DNA of 64,000 bases. It comes from Squalus acanthias. Its lineage: Eukaryota. Below, in pieces: positions 12,520 to 25,659 of the stretch. Made by a program: the position numbers and the translations under genes. The number at the start of each line of letters is the position of its first letter. The first letter of the stretch is position 1. The notes below the pieces were generated by a model. It did not search any database, was not told where the DNA came from, and worked only from the letters and a program-made list of their open reading frames with translations. Location: contig CM059432.1 of the NCBI GenBank assembly GCA_030390025.1, positions 79,796,001 to 79,860,000 on the forward strand, in the 5' to 3' direction.

Positions 12520-15400
12520 TTTAAAAAATTCTTTCATGGGATGTAGGCACCGCTGGCAAGGCCAGCATTTATTGCCTATCCCTAATTGCCCTTGAGAAGG
12601 TGGTGGTGAGCTGCCTTCTTGAACCTCTGCAGTCAGTGAGGTGAAGGTACTCTCACAGTGCTGTTAGGGAGGGAGTTCCAGGATTTTGACCCAGCAACGA
12701 TGAAGGGATGGCGATATATTTCCAAGTCAAGATAGTGTGTGACTTGGAGGGGAACTTGGAGGTGGTGGTGTTCCCATGCGCCTGCTGCCCTTGTCCTTCT
12801 AGGTGATAGAGGTCGGGGGTTTGGGAGGTGCTGTCGAAGAAGCCTTGACGAGTTGCTGCAGTGTATCTTGTAGATGGTACACACTGCAGCCACGGTGGTG
12901 GAGGGAGTGAATGTTTAAGGTGGTGGATGGGGTGCCAATCAAGCGGACTGCTATGTCCTAGATGCTGTCGAGTTTCTTGAGTGTTGTTGGCAAGTGGAGA
13001 GTATTCCATCACACTCCTGACTTGTGCCTTGTAGATGGTGGAAAGGCTTTGGGGAGTCAGGAGCTGAGTCACTCGCTGCAGAATACCCAGCCTCTGACCT
13101 GCTCTTGTAGCCACAGTATTTATGTGGCTGGTCCAGTTAAGTTTCTGGACCCCCAGGATGTTAATGGAGAGGGATTCAGTGATGGTAATCCCGTTGAATG
13201 TCAAGGGGAGGTGGCTAGACTTTCTCTTGTTGGAGATGGTCATTGCCTGGCACTTAAGTGGCAAATAACATTTGCGCCACACAACAACCCAAGCCTGAAT
13301 GTTGTCCATGTTTTGCTGCATTATCTGAGGAGTTGCAAATGGAACTGAACACTGTGCAATCATCAGCGAACATCCCCACTTCTGACCTTATGATGGAGGG
13401 AAGGTCATTGATGAAGCAGCTGAAGATGGTTGGGCCGAGGACACTGCCTGAAGACCTGCTGTAGCGATATCCTGGGGATAAGATGATTGGCCTCCAACAA
13501 CCACAAGCATCTTCCTTTGTGTTATGTATGACTCCAGCCAGTGGAGAGTTTTCCCCCTGATTCCGATTGACTTCAATTTAATCGGGCTCCTTGATGTCAC
13601 ACTCTGTCAAATGCTGCCTTGATGTCAAGGGCAGTCACTCTCACTTTGCCTCTGGAATTCAGCTCTTTTGTCCATGTTTGGACCAAGGCTGTAATGAGGT
13701 CTAGAGCAGAGTGCTCCTGCAGAACCCAAACTGAGCAGTGGTGAGTAGGTGATTGGTGAGTAAATGCAGCTTAATAGCACAGTCGACGACACCTTCCATC
13801 ACTTTGCTGATGATTGAGAGTAGGGTGATGTGGCGGTGAAATTGGTCGAATTGGATGTGTCCTGCTTTTTGTGGACAGGACATACCTGGGCAGTTTTCCA
13901 CTTTCTCCGGTAGATGCCAGTGTTGTAGCTGTACTGGAACAGCTTGGCTTGAGGTGCAGCTAGTTCTGGAGCACAAGTTTTCAGCTCTACGGCCGGGATG
14001 TTGTTGGGGCCCATAGCCATTGCTGTATCCAGTGCGCTCAGCCGTTCCTTGGTATCACGTGGAGTGAATCGGACTGGCTGAAGACTGGCTTCTGTGATGC
14101 TGGGGACCTCAGGAGGAGGCCAAGATGGATCATCCACTCGGCACTTCTGGCTGAAGATGGTTGCAAATGCTTCAACATTGTCTTTTGCACTTGCGTGCTG
14201 GGCTCTGCCATCATTGAGGATGGGGGTGTTCATGGAGACTCCTTCTCCCGTTAGTTATTTAATTGCCCACCACCATTCACAACTGGATGTGGCAGGACTG
14301 CAGAGCTTTGATCTGATCTGTTGGTTGTGGGATTGCTTAGCTCTGTCTATAGCATGCTGCCTCCGATGCTTAGCATGCATGTTGTCCTGGGTTGTAGCTT
14401 TACCAGGTTGGCACCTCATTTTTAGGTGTGCCTGGTGCTGTTCCTGGCATGCTCTTCTACACTCCTCATTGAACCAGGGTTGGTCCCCTGGCTTGATGGT
14501 AATGGTAGAGTGAGGAATGTGCCGGGCCATGAGGTTACAGATTATGGTGATATACAATTCTGCTGCTGCTGATGGCCCACAGCGCCTCATGGAAGCCCAG
14601 TTTTGAGCTGCTAGATCTGTTCTGAATCTATCCCATTTAGCACAGTGGTAGTGTCACACAGCATGATGGAGGGCTTCCCTCAATGTGAAGGCAGGACTTC
14701 GTCTCCACAAGGACTGTGCGGTGGTCACTCCTACCGATACTGTCATGGACAGATGCATCTGCGACAAGTAAATTGGTGTGGCCCTGGAGATGGAGCATGC
14801 GGTGTCCGCCGGCACACTTGAGGCCTTCCGCGACCGGTGGGTGCCGCGAGGACTGGAGTGCATCATCACACCGGCCAATGCAATTTTAATTTAATTTGTT
14901 AAGTTTTATTAATTTACAGTTGATTTGTTAACTATCCTATTTAAAAGAGGAAGTAGATTGGTGAGGATAACGTCAAGTAGGTTTTTACCTCGTAATAGTT
15001 CGCTCACCATCTGCCACAGGCCCAGTCTGGCAGCTATGTCCTTCAGGACTCGGCCAGTTCGGTCCGGTCAGTAGTGGTGCTACCTAGCCACTCTTGATGA
15101 TGGACATTGAAGCCCCCCACCCAGAGTACGTTCTGTGCCCTTGCTACTCTCAGTGCTTCTTCCAAGTGGTGTTCAACATGGAGGTGTACTGATTCATCAG
15201 CTGAGGGAGGCCGGTAGGTGGTAATGAGCAGGAGGTTTCCTTGCCCATATTTGACCTGATTCCATAAAATTTCATGGGGGTCTGGAGTCAATGTTGAGGA
15301 CTTCCAGGGCCACCCCCTCCCGACTGTATAGCACTGTGCTGCCACCTCTGGTGGGTCTGTCCTGCCAGTGGGACAGGACCTACCCTGGGATGGTGATGTT
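12520..15400 (-). mobile_element. 5'-truncated CR1-group LINE of a distinct family (APE plus RT, degenerate)
   Basis: Minus-strand fragments ITTYRPPS, WVGGFNVHH, QPWFNEEC, AMGPNNIP...VHKK, YKAQVRSVMEYS. Confidence 0.85.
14779..14950 (+). mobile_element. L1/Tx1-like LINE 3' end nested in the CR1-group LINE
   Basis: Encodes ALEMEHAVSAGTLEAFRDRW...ILI* followed by an AT-rich tail. 13-bp TSD AAGTA(A/G)ATTGGTG at 14766-14778 and 14951-14963. Confidence 0.7.
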
Positions 15401-15770
15401 CCTAGTGTTTATGTCCTCTTACCAATGAACACTGGTGTTTGTACCTAGTTTTATTATGATTGGGTTGGTTAGCACTCAAATTCCTGCCATAGCTAGCTGT
15501 CAAGGGCATAGGTGAGCACATTGTCCAACTGACTAATCTCCATCACTATTTCATCTCCACTGTTTGGTGGTTTGTAACACACACCAAGCGTTGTACCATT
15601 TTCCCTCCTATTTCTTAATTCTACCCATCTGATCTCAGTGCCATTTATGTTTCCTGGGTATTAGTGCTGCTTCCTCCTAGCAAGCAATTAAGGATACTGC
15701 TCAGCATGAGCACTTTTATATAACCTAGTGAAGATCATCTTGCTGCTCAGTATGATATTCTTGAAGAAAT

Positions 15771-17333
15771 GGGGTTAAATTGGGCTGTGTAGCACCTGTT
15801 TGTCAGGTGCTATGCGGACTCTTAAGACCCAAAACAGCAGGCAGGAAGTGCACCGACCGCCATGTTGGGTAAGGACAAACAAGAGGTGTCCTTTACCCAT
15901 GTCTGAAGCAAACGTTAGGCTGTTTGCATATACTTCAGGTCCCTGCTGACGCTGGCTGCACTCAGGGAAACCAACCCTAAAGATCACCTACATTTAAAAA
16001 AAAAGTGTTACTTACCACAATCACCATCCCGAACGCTACTGCTGTCTGTCCCCTGATCCTCGATCTCCCTCGCTACTGATTGCGATTTTCCCCCCCGATC
16101 GATCTCCCTCCCTCCAACCACCAATTGCGATCCCCGCCCAACCCCCAATCTCCCTCTCCCTTGGCCATTCTCTCTCCAAGGTCTCCCCTCCCCGAAACCC
16201 CGACGTCTTCCCTCCTTGAGGCGCCAAAAATGGGCACTCCTGAATTTCTGCCACACAGTTTGCAACGTGATTACCCACTCTAACCCCCTGCTGGCAATTT
16301 GTTATTTTGATGTGGAGATTGAGGGGATTATTTTGGCTGAAGGTTAAAAACAGGTGCTAAATGGATGCTGTGCTAATAAGAAACGCCTGTTTGAAAGTCT
16401 GGATTTAGCACGCAATTTTCGGGCTAATTGATGATTATCATGGTTTAAACGTTCCTGCAGGCGCTGAAACCGACTACTGCAGGTTTAGCACTCAAGTGTT
16501 GATTAGACGCAATTTTCCTGGAGCTGTATATGTAGACTGCTCTCGCCCACTTCCACCGAAGATGTGGGGAGCGGTGGCTGGCAGAGAAGCCAACGTGGAA
16601 GAATGACTCAAGGGCCTAGAGAGGGGCCGCCCAGGTTTTCTGACGTGGCATTGAAGGTTCTGGTGGAGGAAGTCCAGAGGAGCAGGGATGTCAATTACCT
16701 GCAGGGGGGTAGGATGCCACCTCGCCCTCCTGTCCTTCTCTCCTGCAGCAGCTGGTGCTCCTCTGCCTGGCCTCATGTCCTCCTTCCATTCCTCGTCCAG
16801 ACCAAGGGGGATCCCTAGCAAGATGCCCATGTCCAAGCACTCCCTTTCTCCTGGTGACTCCTATAAGGTAAAGTAGCAAAGCTCTTACTCTTTTTAGGTA
16901 AAGTCCTGAGAATTTGCGGAATAAATGTTGCTAGAGTGTTGATGTCTTGAGAAAGTGTCCCAGAAAGTCTCCAGATGTGTTTCAGGGGTCCTCTTCAAAG
17001 CTCCTGCAGCAAGTGAACATGCAATGATGAGTACCCCTTTAAGTAGTGCTTGAAATACACACCAACGACCTGTTTACTCCTAAACAGCTGGTTGCTGTTA
17101 GGAAAGACGTTAAAATGCCATGCAGCCTCTTTAATGAGCGCTATTAGGCATTTTAAGTGGCAATTAGCCCCTCAACGAGCCTCCGGACAGCCGTTCCTAG
17201 TGCGCGCTTCAATTCCTTTACCAAGATGGCATCGTGTGCTAAATGCGGGCTAAACCAGCGTTACAGCTTAAGACACCATCTTGGTCACCTTGGAGACTCT
17301 TTAGCGCCTAAAATATCCAGGGAAATTCACCCC
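15771..17333. mobile_element. Internally deleted Harbinger of a second family (possibly composite)
   Basis: Ends GGGGTTAAATT / AAATTCACCCC. Myb/SANT start (PRFSDVALKVLVEEVQR) on + at about 16600-16730 abuts a putative transposase N-terminus on -. Confidence 0.65.
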
Positions 17334-17633
17334 TGAGTCTTTGTCAGCCACCGTGGCAAAACATTAGGGCTGAAGAGTGGGATATTCAATGCTGTTTCCT
17401 GATTGATAAACATATGGGGCAAAGCTTTCTGCTTTCTCTCCCCTCTTCCCACCACTTCTTCTGTAACGATTATTTGAATGACGGAACAGGCTCGTGGGGC
17501 TGACTGGCCTACTCCTGTTACTGTGTAAGAGTTCTATTTTCCAGCAATAACATCATTCAGCATGATGAGCATAAAGTTCACAAAGTATTAATAGATTCAA
17601 ACGAAAAGTTGAAAAGAAATTTATATATTTCAG

Positions 17634-17723
17634 AGACCGCCTTCTCCACCTATTCCAACTGTGAAGAGGAAACAGAGAGCTGATTTGTCTCCTGTAGATG
17701 GCTCTATCCGTGAATTAGACTTG
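17634..17723 (+). CDS. CSPP1: CSPP1 exon (RPPSPPIPTVKRKQRADLSPVDGSIRELDL)
   Basis: TTTCAG acceptor, GTGAGT donor, 90 nt phase 0/0. Resembles the CSPP1 'RQPSPIVPAL' segment. Confidence 0.85.
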
Positions 17724-18179
17724 GTGAGTTCTTTCAATTTCTCCTACTCTATAAAGTGAACAATTCAATAATAGTTAATATTGTGCTTTGCACGTTGACC
17801 TAAGTCAAGTCTGAAATGTTCTTGTCTAACCTTAATGGTAATCAAGTGCACTTTGGCCTCCTCAGATAGGGTTGAAGAATTTTGGAAGAATTGTTATAAA
17901 CTTCAACTTGTAGAGCAGAGAGGAAAAAAGTTAGATTGAAATTCTTTTAGTTCTGAAGTTCAGTTTGGTATCCAGCTCAGTGTGTTGGAATGAAAGTCTT
18001 CCCTCAGTGATGACTGTAAAAAAATAAATTAGCTTTTGTATGGTCTCAATCTAATTTTGTGAGTGGGAATCATTAGCATAAAGTTAGTTTAAAATTATCA
18101 CCAATTGGCACTAAATTTGTAGCTTTACTTAAACAAGAATTGCTCAGGTGATGGGAACAAAATTGAAATATCTAATTTT

Positions 18180-19640
18180 GGTAGCTGGTTACAAAGATAG
18201 GGAGGGGGAGATCATGAAAGGATTTAAAAAAGAGGATGAGAATTTTAAATTTGAGGCTTTGGGGAACCGGGAGCCAATGTAGGTCAGCGGGCACAGGGGT
18301 GATGGGTAAGCGGGAATTGGTGCAAGATAGGATACAGGCAGCAAAGACTTCGTTTATGGTGGGTGGAGGATGGGAGGCCAGCCAGGAAAGCATTGGAATA
18401 GTAGAATCTGGAGGTGACAGAGGAATGGATGAAAGTTTCAGCAGTAGGTGGGCTGAAGTGGGCAATGTTATGGAGTGGAAAGCCGTCTTTGTGATGGAGA
18501 GAATATGGGATTGGAAGCTCACCTCAGGCTCAAATAGGACCCTGAAGTTGCGAACAGTGTGATAGTGTCTGGGGAGGGGGATGAAATCAGTGGCGAGGAG
18601 GGTATAGAGTTTGTGGCGGGGGTCGAAGTCAATGGGCTGGATTTTGTCAATGGAGGCGGGACTCCCACTTTTTGGGTTGTAGTCCCGCCTCCATCGACTT
18701 GTGGCCAACCCACTGTATTTTCCCTTGATTGACCTTGTTAAGCCCGCCCAGCGGGCTTAGCAGGCCAATCAAGGGTCCCTTGGATACAGGTGACGTCAGC
18801 CATTGACATTTCATCTGTCAAGAGCTTTTGACAGATGAAATTTCAGCATTTGACAGTTCTGTGAAGCGGTCAAACACTGACAATATGATTTCTAACGTGA
18901 GTCCCTGTACTTAGACTCAGTTCGAAATCAATCCAGCACAGAAAGCAGAGACTGCAGCTTTTGACAGCTCCGCGGCCATTCTGCTTTCTGTGCCGTGGAT
19001 GTGAGGGACTCCTGACACCTTAAGGAAGCTAGCCTGCAGGACAAAGTTAAGGTAAGTAAAAGTTCTTAAAACACTTTATACACACACCAAACACACTTAC
19101 CTCTGCACTCATGCACCCATCACTTACCTGCACACCGGACATCTCGACCCCTCCAAGCCCTCCAGACCGACGGTCCGCCTCGCTAAATCGACATGGTTCG
19201 GACCTGTCGGGAAGCCCACACTTCAGGGCTAAAAATAGGGATTAGGCAAAAAACTGCCTGTTAACTACCTGTTAACAGGCAGATTATTGGCACTAATCCC
19301 CTTCTCGCCTCGGGGAGGCGGGTCCCAGCACAGGTCGGGTACCTGCCTCCTGGGAAACTGGCATGGAGGCGGGTTGGGGGCGGGATGGTTTCGGGACCCC
19401 CGAATCTGCTATTTTCACACCACTCCCGCCTCCAAACCCGCCTCCACGGGCCGGTGAAAATTGAGCCCAATGTCTTCGGTCTTCCCAATGTTTAACTGAA
19501 GGAGATTGCAGCTCATCCGGGACTGGATGTTGACAACACAGGCAGTGGAAGATTTGAAAGAGATGGAGCTGGGCGTCATCAGCATCCATGTGGAAGCTAA
19601 CCTCATATCTTGTGATGATGTCGCCATGAGGTGTTGGATA
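18180..19640 (-). mobile_element. L2 LINE 3' fragment interrupted by a MITE at 18634-19468
   Basis: ADDAQL, LQLNIGKTE and LHWLPVPQSLKFKIL motifs; the L2 sequence continues across the MITE. Confidence 0.8.
18634..19468. mobile_element. Harbinger-type MITE (835 bp)
   Basis: TIRs GGGCTGGATTTT / AAAATTGAGCCC with a perfect AAT TSD inside the L2. Confidence 0.88.
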
Positions 19641-20539
19641 AATCCTTTACCCTTTAAACAGATTCATAAAGCTAGAGACAATATTATTCACTTGATTTAT
19701 TATTGACAAAACATTAATCTTAAACACTCTAAACACCCATACAGAGTAGCGCACATTAGCCTTACGGCAAAAACTTAATAGTGTGGATTTTAATGAGGAA
19801 TCGTGATGATGGTTTCTCCAAGCTTGTTCACGCCACCAGGTCTTGAAGGTAACAAGAGGTCTCTTGCTTTCTAAGAAAATGCTGTGCCGCTTCTTTATAC
19901 CATTTTCTTTATGGTCTGCTCCCTGCTGGATGCAACACCATCTGATGCTTTATGACTACCCAGTTTTTTGAACCGATTGCCAAACAGAGATGAGAGACCT
20001 GATTTCTTTTCACACTATACTATTACTTTCTATCTTGCTTTTCCCGAGCCATAGCTTCGTTGTAAACCTTTGATGCATGCTCTTATAGTAACATATTGCC
20101 TTTTATATTGCAGCAATCCTCCATCAAGGATTATGATGAGTGGGTGGGAAAGTGGCATTGAGGCCAAGATCAGATCAGCCATGATCTTATTGAATGGCGA
20201 GGAGGCTCGAAGGGCCGAATGGCCTACTCCTGCTCCTATTTCTTATGTTCTCACGCTACCCCCTGCTGTGATAAAAAGCCGGTTTTAATAACTTGTGTTT
20301 CAATCTTAATAATTCATTAAGCTCAATATTTCTCCACTTAGCTTATTTATATATATGTGCCTCTCTGTACAGTACAATGTCCTTGGTCTTGGAACTAATC
20401 CTTCTCTAATGTTATCAGCATCATTGCAGGAAAAAGAGAGGCTTTTCGAGAACACAATTTAAGCCAATTCTATCTACTTTACTTTTATTTCTAACAATGA
20501 GAGAACAGTAATGTAAAAACATAGTGGTATTCTTGCATG

Positions 20540-21480
20540 GGGAGCATGTATAAGAGGAGGGGGCCAAGGATATATTGGGAGTAGGGAAGAGAAACCATTG
20601 CTGGAGATGATCTGGCTACGATTGGATAGATGAGTTCAACCAAGCAAGGACAGTCCCACTGAGCTGGATAATGCATGAGATTCATTGGAGGAGGATGGTG
20701 TGATCAACCGTGTCAAATGCTGCAGAGAGGTAGAGAAGGATGAGGAGGCACAGTGTGTCACAGTCACAATTGTAGAAGATGTCATTTGTGACTGATTTGA
20801 GCCATTTCAGAGCTGTGGCAGGGGTGGAACCCTGATTTGGAGAGCTTCAAACATGAGATGCAGGATTAATAGGCACAGATTTTGGATGTAACAACACATT
20901 TGAGGACTTTGGAGAGGAAAGAGAGTTTGGAATTAGGGTAGTAGTTTACAAGGACTCTGGTCGAGGGTGGTTTTTTTGATGAGGGGGATAATGGTGGTTT
21001 TGAAAGGGAGGGGGCAGTACCTGAGGAGAAGAAGGAAAGTTGCTCTTTGGAATGATCTTGGAGTAAGGAACAGCCCAGCCAGATCTGCCAAATACGCTCA
21101 AGTCTGCACCTCTTGGAGTGAAGATGGGGGCATTAACAATTGGTATGAATGGGGGAGCAGAGTAAGGGTTTTACTGGGGACAAGACTAGACAGACTAGAA
21201 GTTTGGAAGTGCAGTCATAAGTGACTTGGGGAGAGTTTATTCCAGGGGCAGACGCGGAAGGAAGTGGGGTTGGAAGGGGTTAGTGTGTGTGTGGGTGGCG
21301 AGGGATACAAGGAAGTGGTCGGAGTTGGATATGTCTGTGATTGAGACCATAAGTGTAAAGATGCCCTTGGTCCTGGATGGAAAATGGTTGATGGAAAAGT
21401 CAATTGGGTGGTTGTGAATATGGATAGGAGTGTTTATACAGAGGGAGAGGCTAAAGGAGGACAGGAGAGCAGTGAATTCA
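20540..21480 (-). mobile_element. L2 LINE RT fragment
   Basis: Similar to 44330-44710 (the LDLSAAFDT region); purine-rich on the + strand. Confidence 0.65.
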
Positions 21481-21499
21481 AAGGAGAAAGGGCAAGGTG

Positions 21500-24350
21500 A
21501 GGAGCTAATAATTCAAAAGGGCTAATAATGCAACAGAAAATCAAGCTGTAAATATTGAAGGGAATCAAGAATGATCAGAAAGGCTAAGAGGATGTTTACA
21601 AAAGATTGGCAGATAACGTAAAGGGAAATTGTAAAAGATTTTATAAACGCAAAGCAATAGTTCTTTTTAAAAAAAAAAAGGAAGGTCTGATTAGGCCAAA
21701 AAAGGAAATCTTACGGAGGCTGAAGGAATGACGAAGGTACCAAATGAGTGTTTGTCTTGGTTGTCACAGAAGAATGTGGTATGTAGTCAGGGGGGTGGAG
21801 GGTGGATGATTTCTTTTGTAGATGTGATCTACAGTCCCGAATGGTATTTTGTTTCCCAGGTGCCAGGGTTGGCGACATCATGGAGCAAATGCAAAAGGTT
21901 CTGGAATGAGAGGGCGAGCAACCAGAGGTCATGATTCTGTGGGATCCAATCACATAGAAATAAATAGGATTGAGGTTCTGCAAAGGTATTTGAAGGAGCT
22001 AACTTCTAGATTAATGAGCAGAATCTCCAGGGTAGTGATTTCTGGATTACTACCCTGGAGATTCGACAGGGTAGATATAGACAAACTATTTTCTCCGGTG
22101 GGGGAAGTTCAGAACAAGGGGGCATAACCTTAAAATTAGAGGTAGGCCGTTCAGGGGTGATATCAGAAAGAACTTCTCCACACACAGGAAGTGGAAATAT
22201 GAAACTCTCTCCCCCCAAAAAGCTGATGAGGCTAGGTCAATTGGAAAATTTCAAAACACTTCCCCCACCCTAACCAATGTTCCCTTTAACATGCGCAGCC
22301 ACACAGTGCTCTGCAGCTCCTGCACAGCCGGCTCACTGGCTTTTAAATAGGAATTTTGAATGAGCCATGGGGGACATTGCCCCCAGCCTGGGCGGTCCAA
22401 AGGGAACTGAAAAATAAGTCAAGGGGAGGAAGTTAGTGGATTTAAAATGTTTGTTTAAGTGTAAATAATGGGACTTAAGATATACAAAGTGAAAATAATG
22501 GGACTTAAGATATACAAATTTCTAGCACCTGATGGCTTCCATCTCCGGGTATTAAAAGAAATCGGTGAGGAAATTGTAGATGCATTAAGTCATAATTTTA
22601 CAAAGCTCATTAGATTCAGGAATTGTGCCTTTGACTTGAAAAATTACAAATGTCGCTCAATTAATTAAGAAGGGCGGGAGGAACAAACCAGGTAACCAAA
22701 GAGAGGGAGGAAGAAACCAGGTAACTACAGACCTGGCAGTTTAACATCAGTTGTGGTGAAGGGACTGGAATTTATCATCAGCGGCAGAGTGACTGAATAC
22801 TTACACAAGCATCAGCTGATCAGAGTCAGCATGAATTTGTGAAAGGTAGGTCCTGTCTAACTAATCTAATGGAATTTTTGATGAGGTCACTAGCACGGTG
22901 GATAGGGGAATGTCTGTGGATGATGTCTATATATACTTCCAGAAGGCATTTGATAAGGTTCCACCCAAGAGATTATTAACAAAAATATGAGCGTGCAGAA
23001 TTGGAGACAACCCTGTGACGTGGATCGGTAATGGATTGGGAGGTAGGAGATAGAGTAAGCATAGAGGGAATGTACTCCAATTGGAAGTATGTAACAAGTG
23101 GTGTTTCCCAGGAATCTACTGGGGCCTCGGCTTTTTATTAATATACATTAATGACTTGGATAAAGGAATAGAGAGTTGTGTATCCAGGTTTGCAGATCAC
23201 ACTAAGTTAGGATGCACAATAAGTTGTGTGGATGGGAGCAGCCAGTTACAAAGGAACAAAGACAGATTAAATGAATGGGGAGAAACTATAGCAGATGAAG
23301 TTCAGTGTGGGCAAAAGTGAGGTCATCCACTTTGGATCTGACAAAGACAAATCATAATATTTTCTTAATGGTGAGAGACTTGGAGTTGTGGTAGAGCAAT
23401 GGCATTTAGGTGTCCATGTACATAGACTGGAGGACTATAAACAATGGTGTTCCCCAGGGGTCAGTGTTGGGACCATTGCGCTTCTCAATATATATAAATA
23501 ATCCAGACTTAAGCATGGGACATAATAGGAACAGTTACAGACAACACAAAAATAGTGAATGTGGTTAACTGTAAAGAGAACTATAAGCGACTTCAGAAGG
23601 ACACAGTCAAGGTAGTTTAGATTAGGTAGTTTAGATTAGGCAGATAGATGTCGGATAAAATTTAATGCAGAGAAATGTGAGGAGATGCATTTTGAGAGAA
23701 AGAATAAGGAGAGTCATGTATGCTATGATAAAACTTTGAGATGCAGAGAGATTGGCCGATTCATATACACTAATCTTTAAAAGTGGGATAAAAAGTTGAT
23801 AAAGCTGTAAAGAAAGCATGTGCAATGCTAGGTTTTATAAATGGGCGCCCTAATTTAGGAAGAATATCAAGGCCATACATAGGGTGCAGAAGGGATTCAC
23901 TTTCATACCAAGGATGAGAGGCTTTAATTATGAAAAAAGACTTGAAAAAGTGGGACTCTTTTTATTCGAATGAGGAAGGCTGAGAGTAGATTTAATAGAG
24001 TTGCTCAAAATAATAAGATTCTTTTTATAAATTAAATTTGGAAAACCTTATTTACACTGCTTAGTGAGTCAGTAACAAGAAGGCATAGATTTAAGATTAT
24101 CGTTAAAAGAACAAAGAAAGAAGTTAGTAGAAATGTCTTTATCCAGAGGGTTGTTAGGATACAGAAAAGGTGTTGGAAGCTGAATCCATAATAGTTTTTA
24201 AAAGCGAATTAGCTAAATATTTGCAAAACCAAACTTTTAATGGGTGTGGGGAAAAGGGGGGTAGGTGTCTGGGAGTGGAAAGCCCTTTCAGAGAGCCAGC
24301 GCAGATATAGTAGGCCAAATGGCCTCATTATGTACTGTAAAGTTCTATGA
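21500..24350 (+). mobile_element. Cluster of degenerate CR1 fragments
   Basis: PDGFHLRVLKE, FQKAFDKV, YINDLD...FADHTKL motifs and a CR1 3' tail near 24300-24350. Confidence 0.75.
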
Positions 24351-24906
24351 AGGAGGGAATGTTGATGGAACTATTTCTGGGTAAGTTTTTAAAACAAAAT
24401 TGTGTTTTTCTTTCTTTCTATGTTTGTAGCCCTAAAAATAAAAATTGGATGGGTGAGAAATGTTGATGACTACTGTAATCTGAGAATTATTTTACTTTCA
24501 GAGTCAAAATTGAGTGGACCATTTATCTGTTTTTAAAAATAAATTACAAAAATTAAAAATTGTCTTAATAAGATCTATGGAAGGAAAAAAGCCTGCGTTT
24601 GTACCCCTAAAAGTAAGATTTATCATAATGCGGTGACTACTGTAACTGTGAGGGCAATTTCTGCTGGAGCTCTTTGCACCGAGATTATTTCAACAAAAAG
24701 CCTGCAATGTATCATTGTGGCAGTGAAGACGAACAAACAGCAGATCCAAAATTTACAAAAGCCACAACCTAAAAATCTGAAAGCCACAGAATTCAGTTTG
24801 GAAATGTTTCAATCACTGTTTCATTCACCTAAGTTTGAAATGTTAAACTATTATTTTGATTGACTTGTACTTTTGGAATTGTCTTAAAACATTTTTTGCT
24901 TAATAG

Positions 24907-24973
24907 GATCGTCTACAGTCAGGGACCGAGTCACCACCAGTTCCCGCAAGACGAAACCAGCTTCGAGCATATG
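24907..24973 (+). CDS. CSPP1: CSPP1 exon (DRLQSGTESPPVPARRNQLRAY)
   Basis: TAG acceptor, GTAAAA donor, 67 nt phase 0/1. SPPVPARxNQLRA motif. Confidence 0.92.
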
Positions 24974-25133
24974 GTAAAACTGTTCAAGCAGATGTATATT
25001 CTTATGTGTTCTGGTGCTGTATGTTGTAACTTTAGCTATTGGAGAGTTCTAAGTACTTGATTAAAATTTAATGAGAACTAAAACCATGATAGGAAATTAC
25101 AGCATTGGCACAAACATGATACTGTTACACATT

Positions 25134-25569
25134 TAGAAACATAGAAACATAGAATCTAGGAGCAGGAGTAGGCCATTCGGCCCGTCGAGCCTGCTCCACC
25201 ATTCAATACGATCATGGCTGATCATCCAAATCCAGTACCCTGTCCCTGCTTTAATCCCCACAGTACACATATCCCACCCTACCCCCGTAACCCCACGTAT
25301 TTAGTTCCCCCTAACATATCCCATCCTATCCCCATAACCCCACATATTTAATCCCCCCCTAACACTAAGGGTCAATTTATCATAGCCAAATCAACCTAAC
25401 CCGCACATTTTTGGACTGTGGGAGGAAACCGGAGCACCCGGAGGAAACCCACGCAGACACGGGGAGAATGTGCAAACTCCACACAGACAGTCACCCGAGG
25501 TCAGATTCGAACCCGGGTCCCTGGCGCTGTGAGGCACCAGTGCTAACCACTATGCCACCGTGTTGCCCG
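25134..25569 (-). mobile_element. HE1-type V-SINE (tRNA head, V-domain, CR1/HER1 tail)
   Basis: A box TGGCATAGTGG and B box GGTTCGAATC, V-domain GTGTGGAGTTTGCACATTCTCC, internal tandem unit, CR1-like tail ending in (TTCTATGT)n. Confidence 0.9.
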
Positions 25570-25659
25570 TTTCAATAGGATAATTTACTCAATATATTTG
25601 TATTAAGGGTATCCTTTTAATTCTTTTTTATTCATTTTAATGTCAAGTCATTAGGAATT

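Noticed and set aside
22464..23640. Short direct repeats (22464-22519, 22670-22730, 23611-23640) as a CRISPR-like array
   Set aside because: Only two-copy tandem slippage duplications inside CR1 debris; no spacers or cas genes, and the context is eukaryotic.
25490..25569. tRNA genes here and at 51736-51810 and 39832-39900
   Set aside because: The A/B boxes run straight into SINE body and LINE-derived tails; these are SINE heads.
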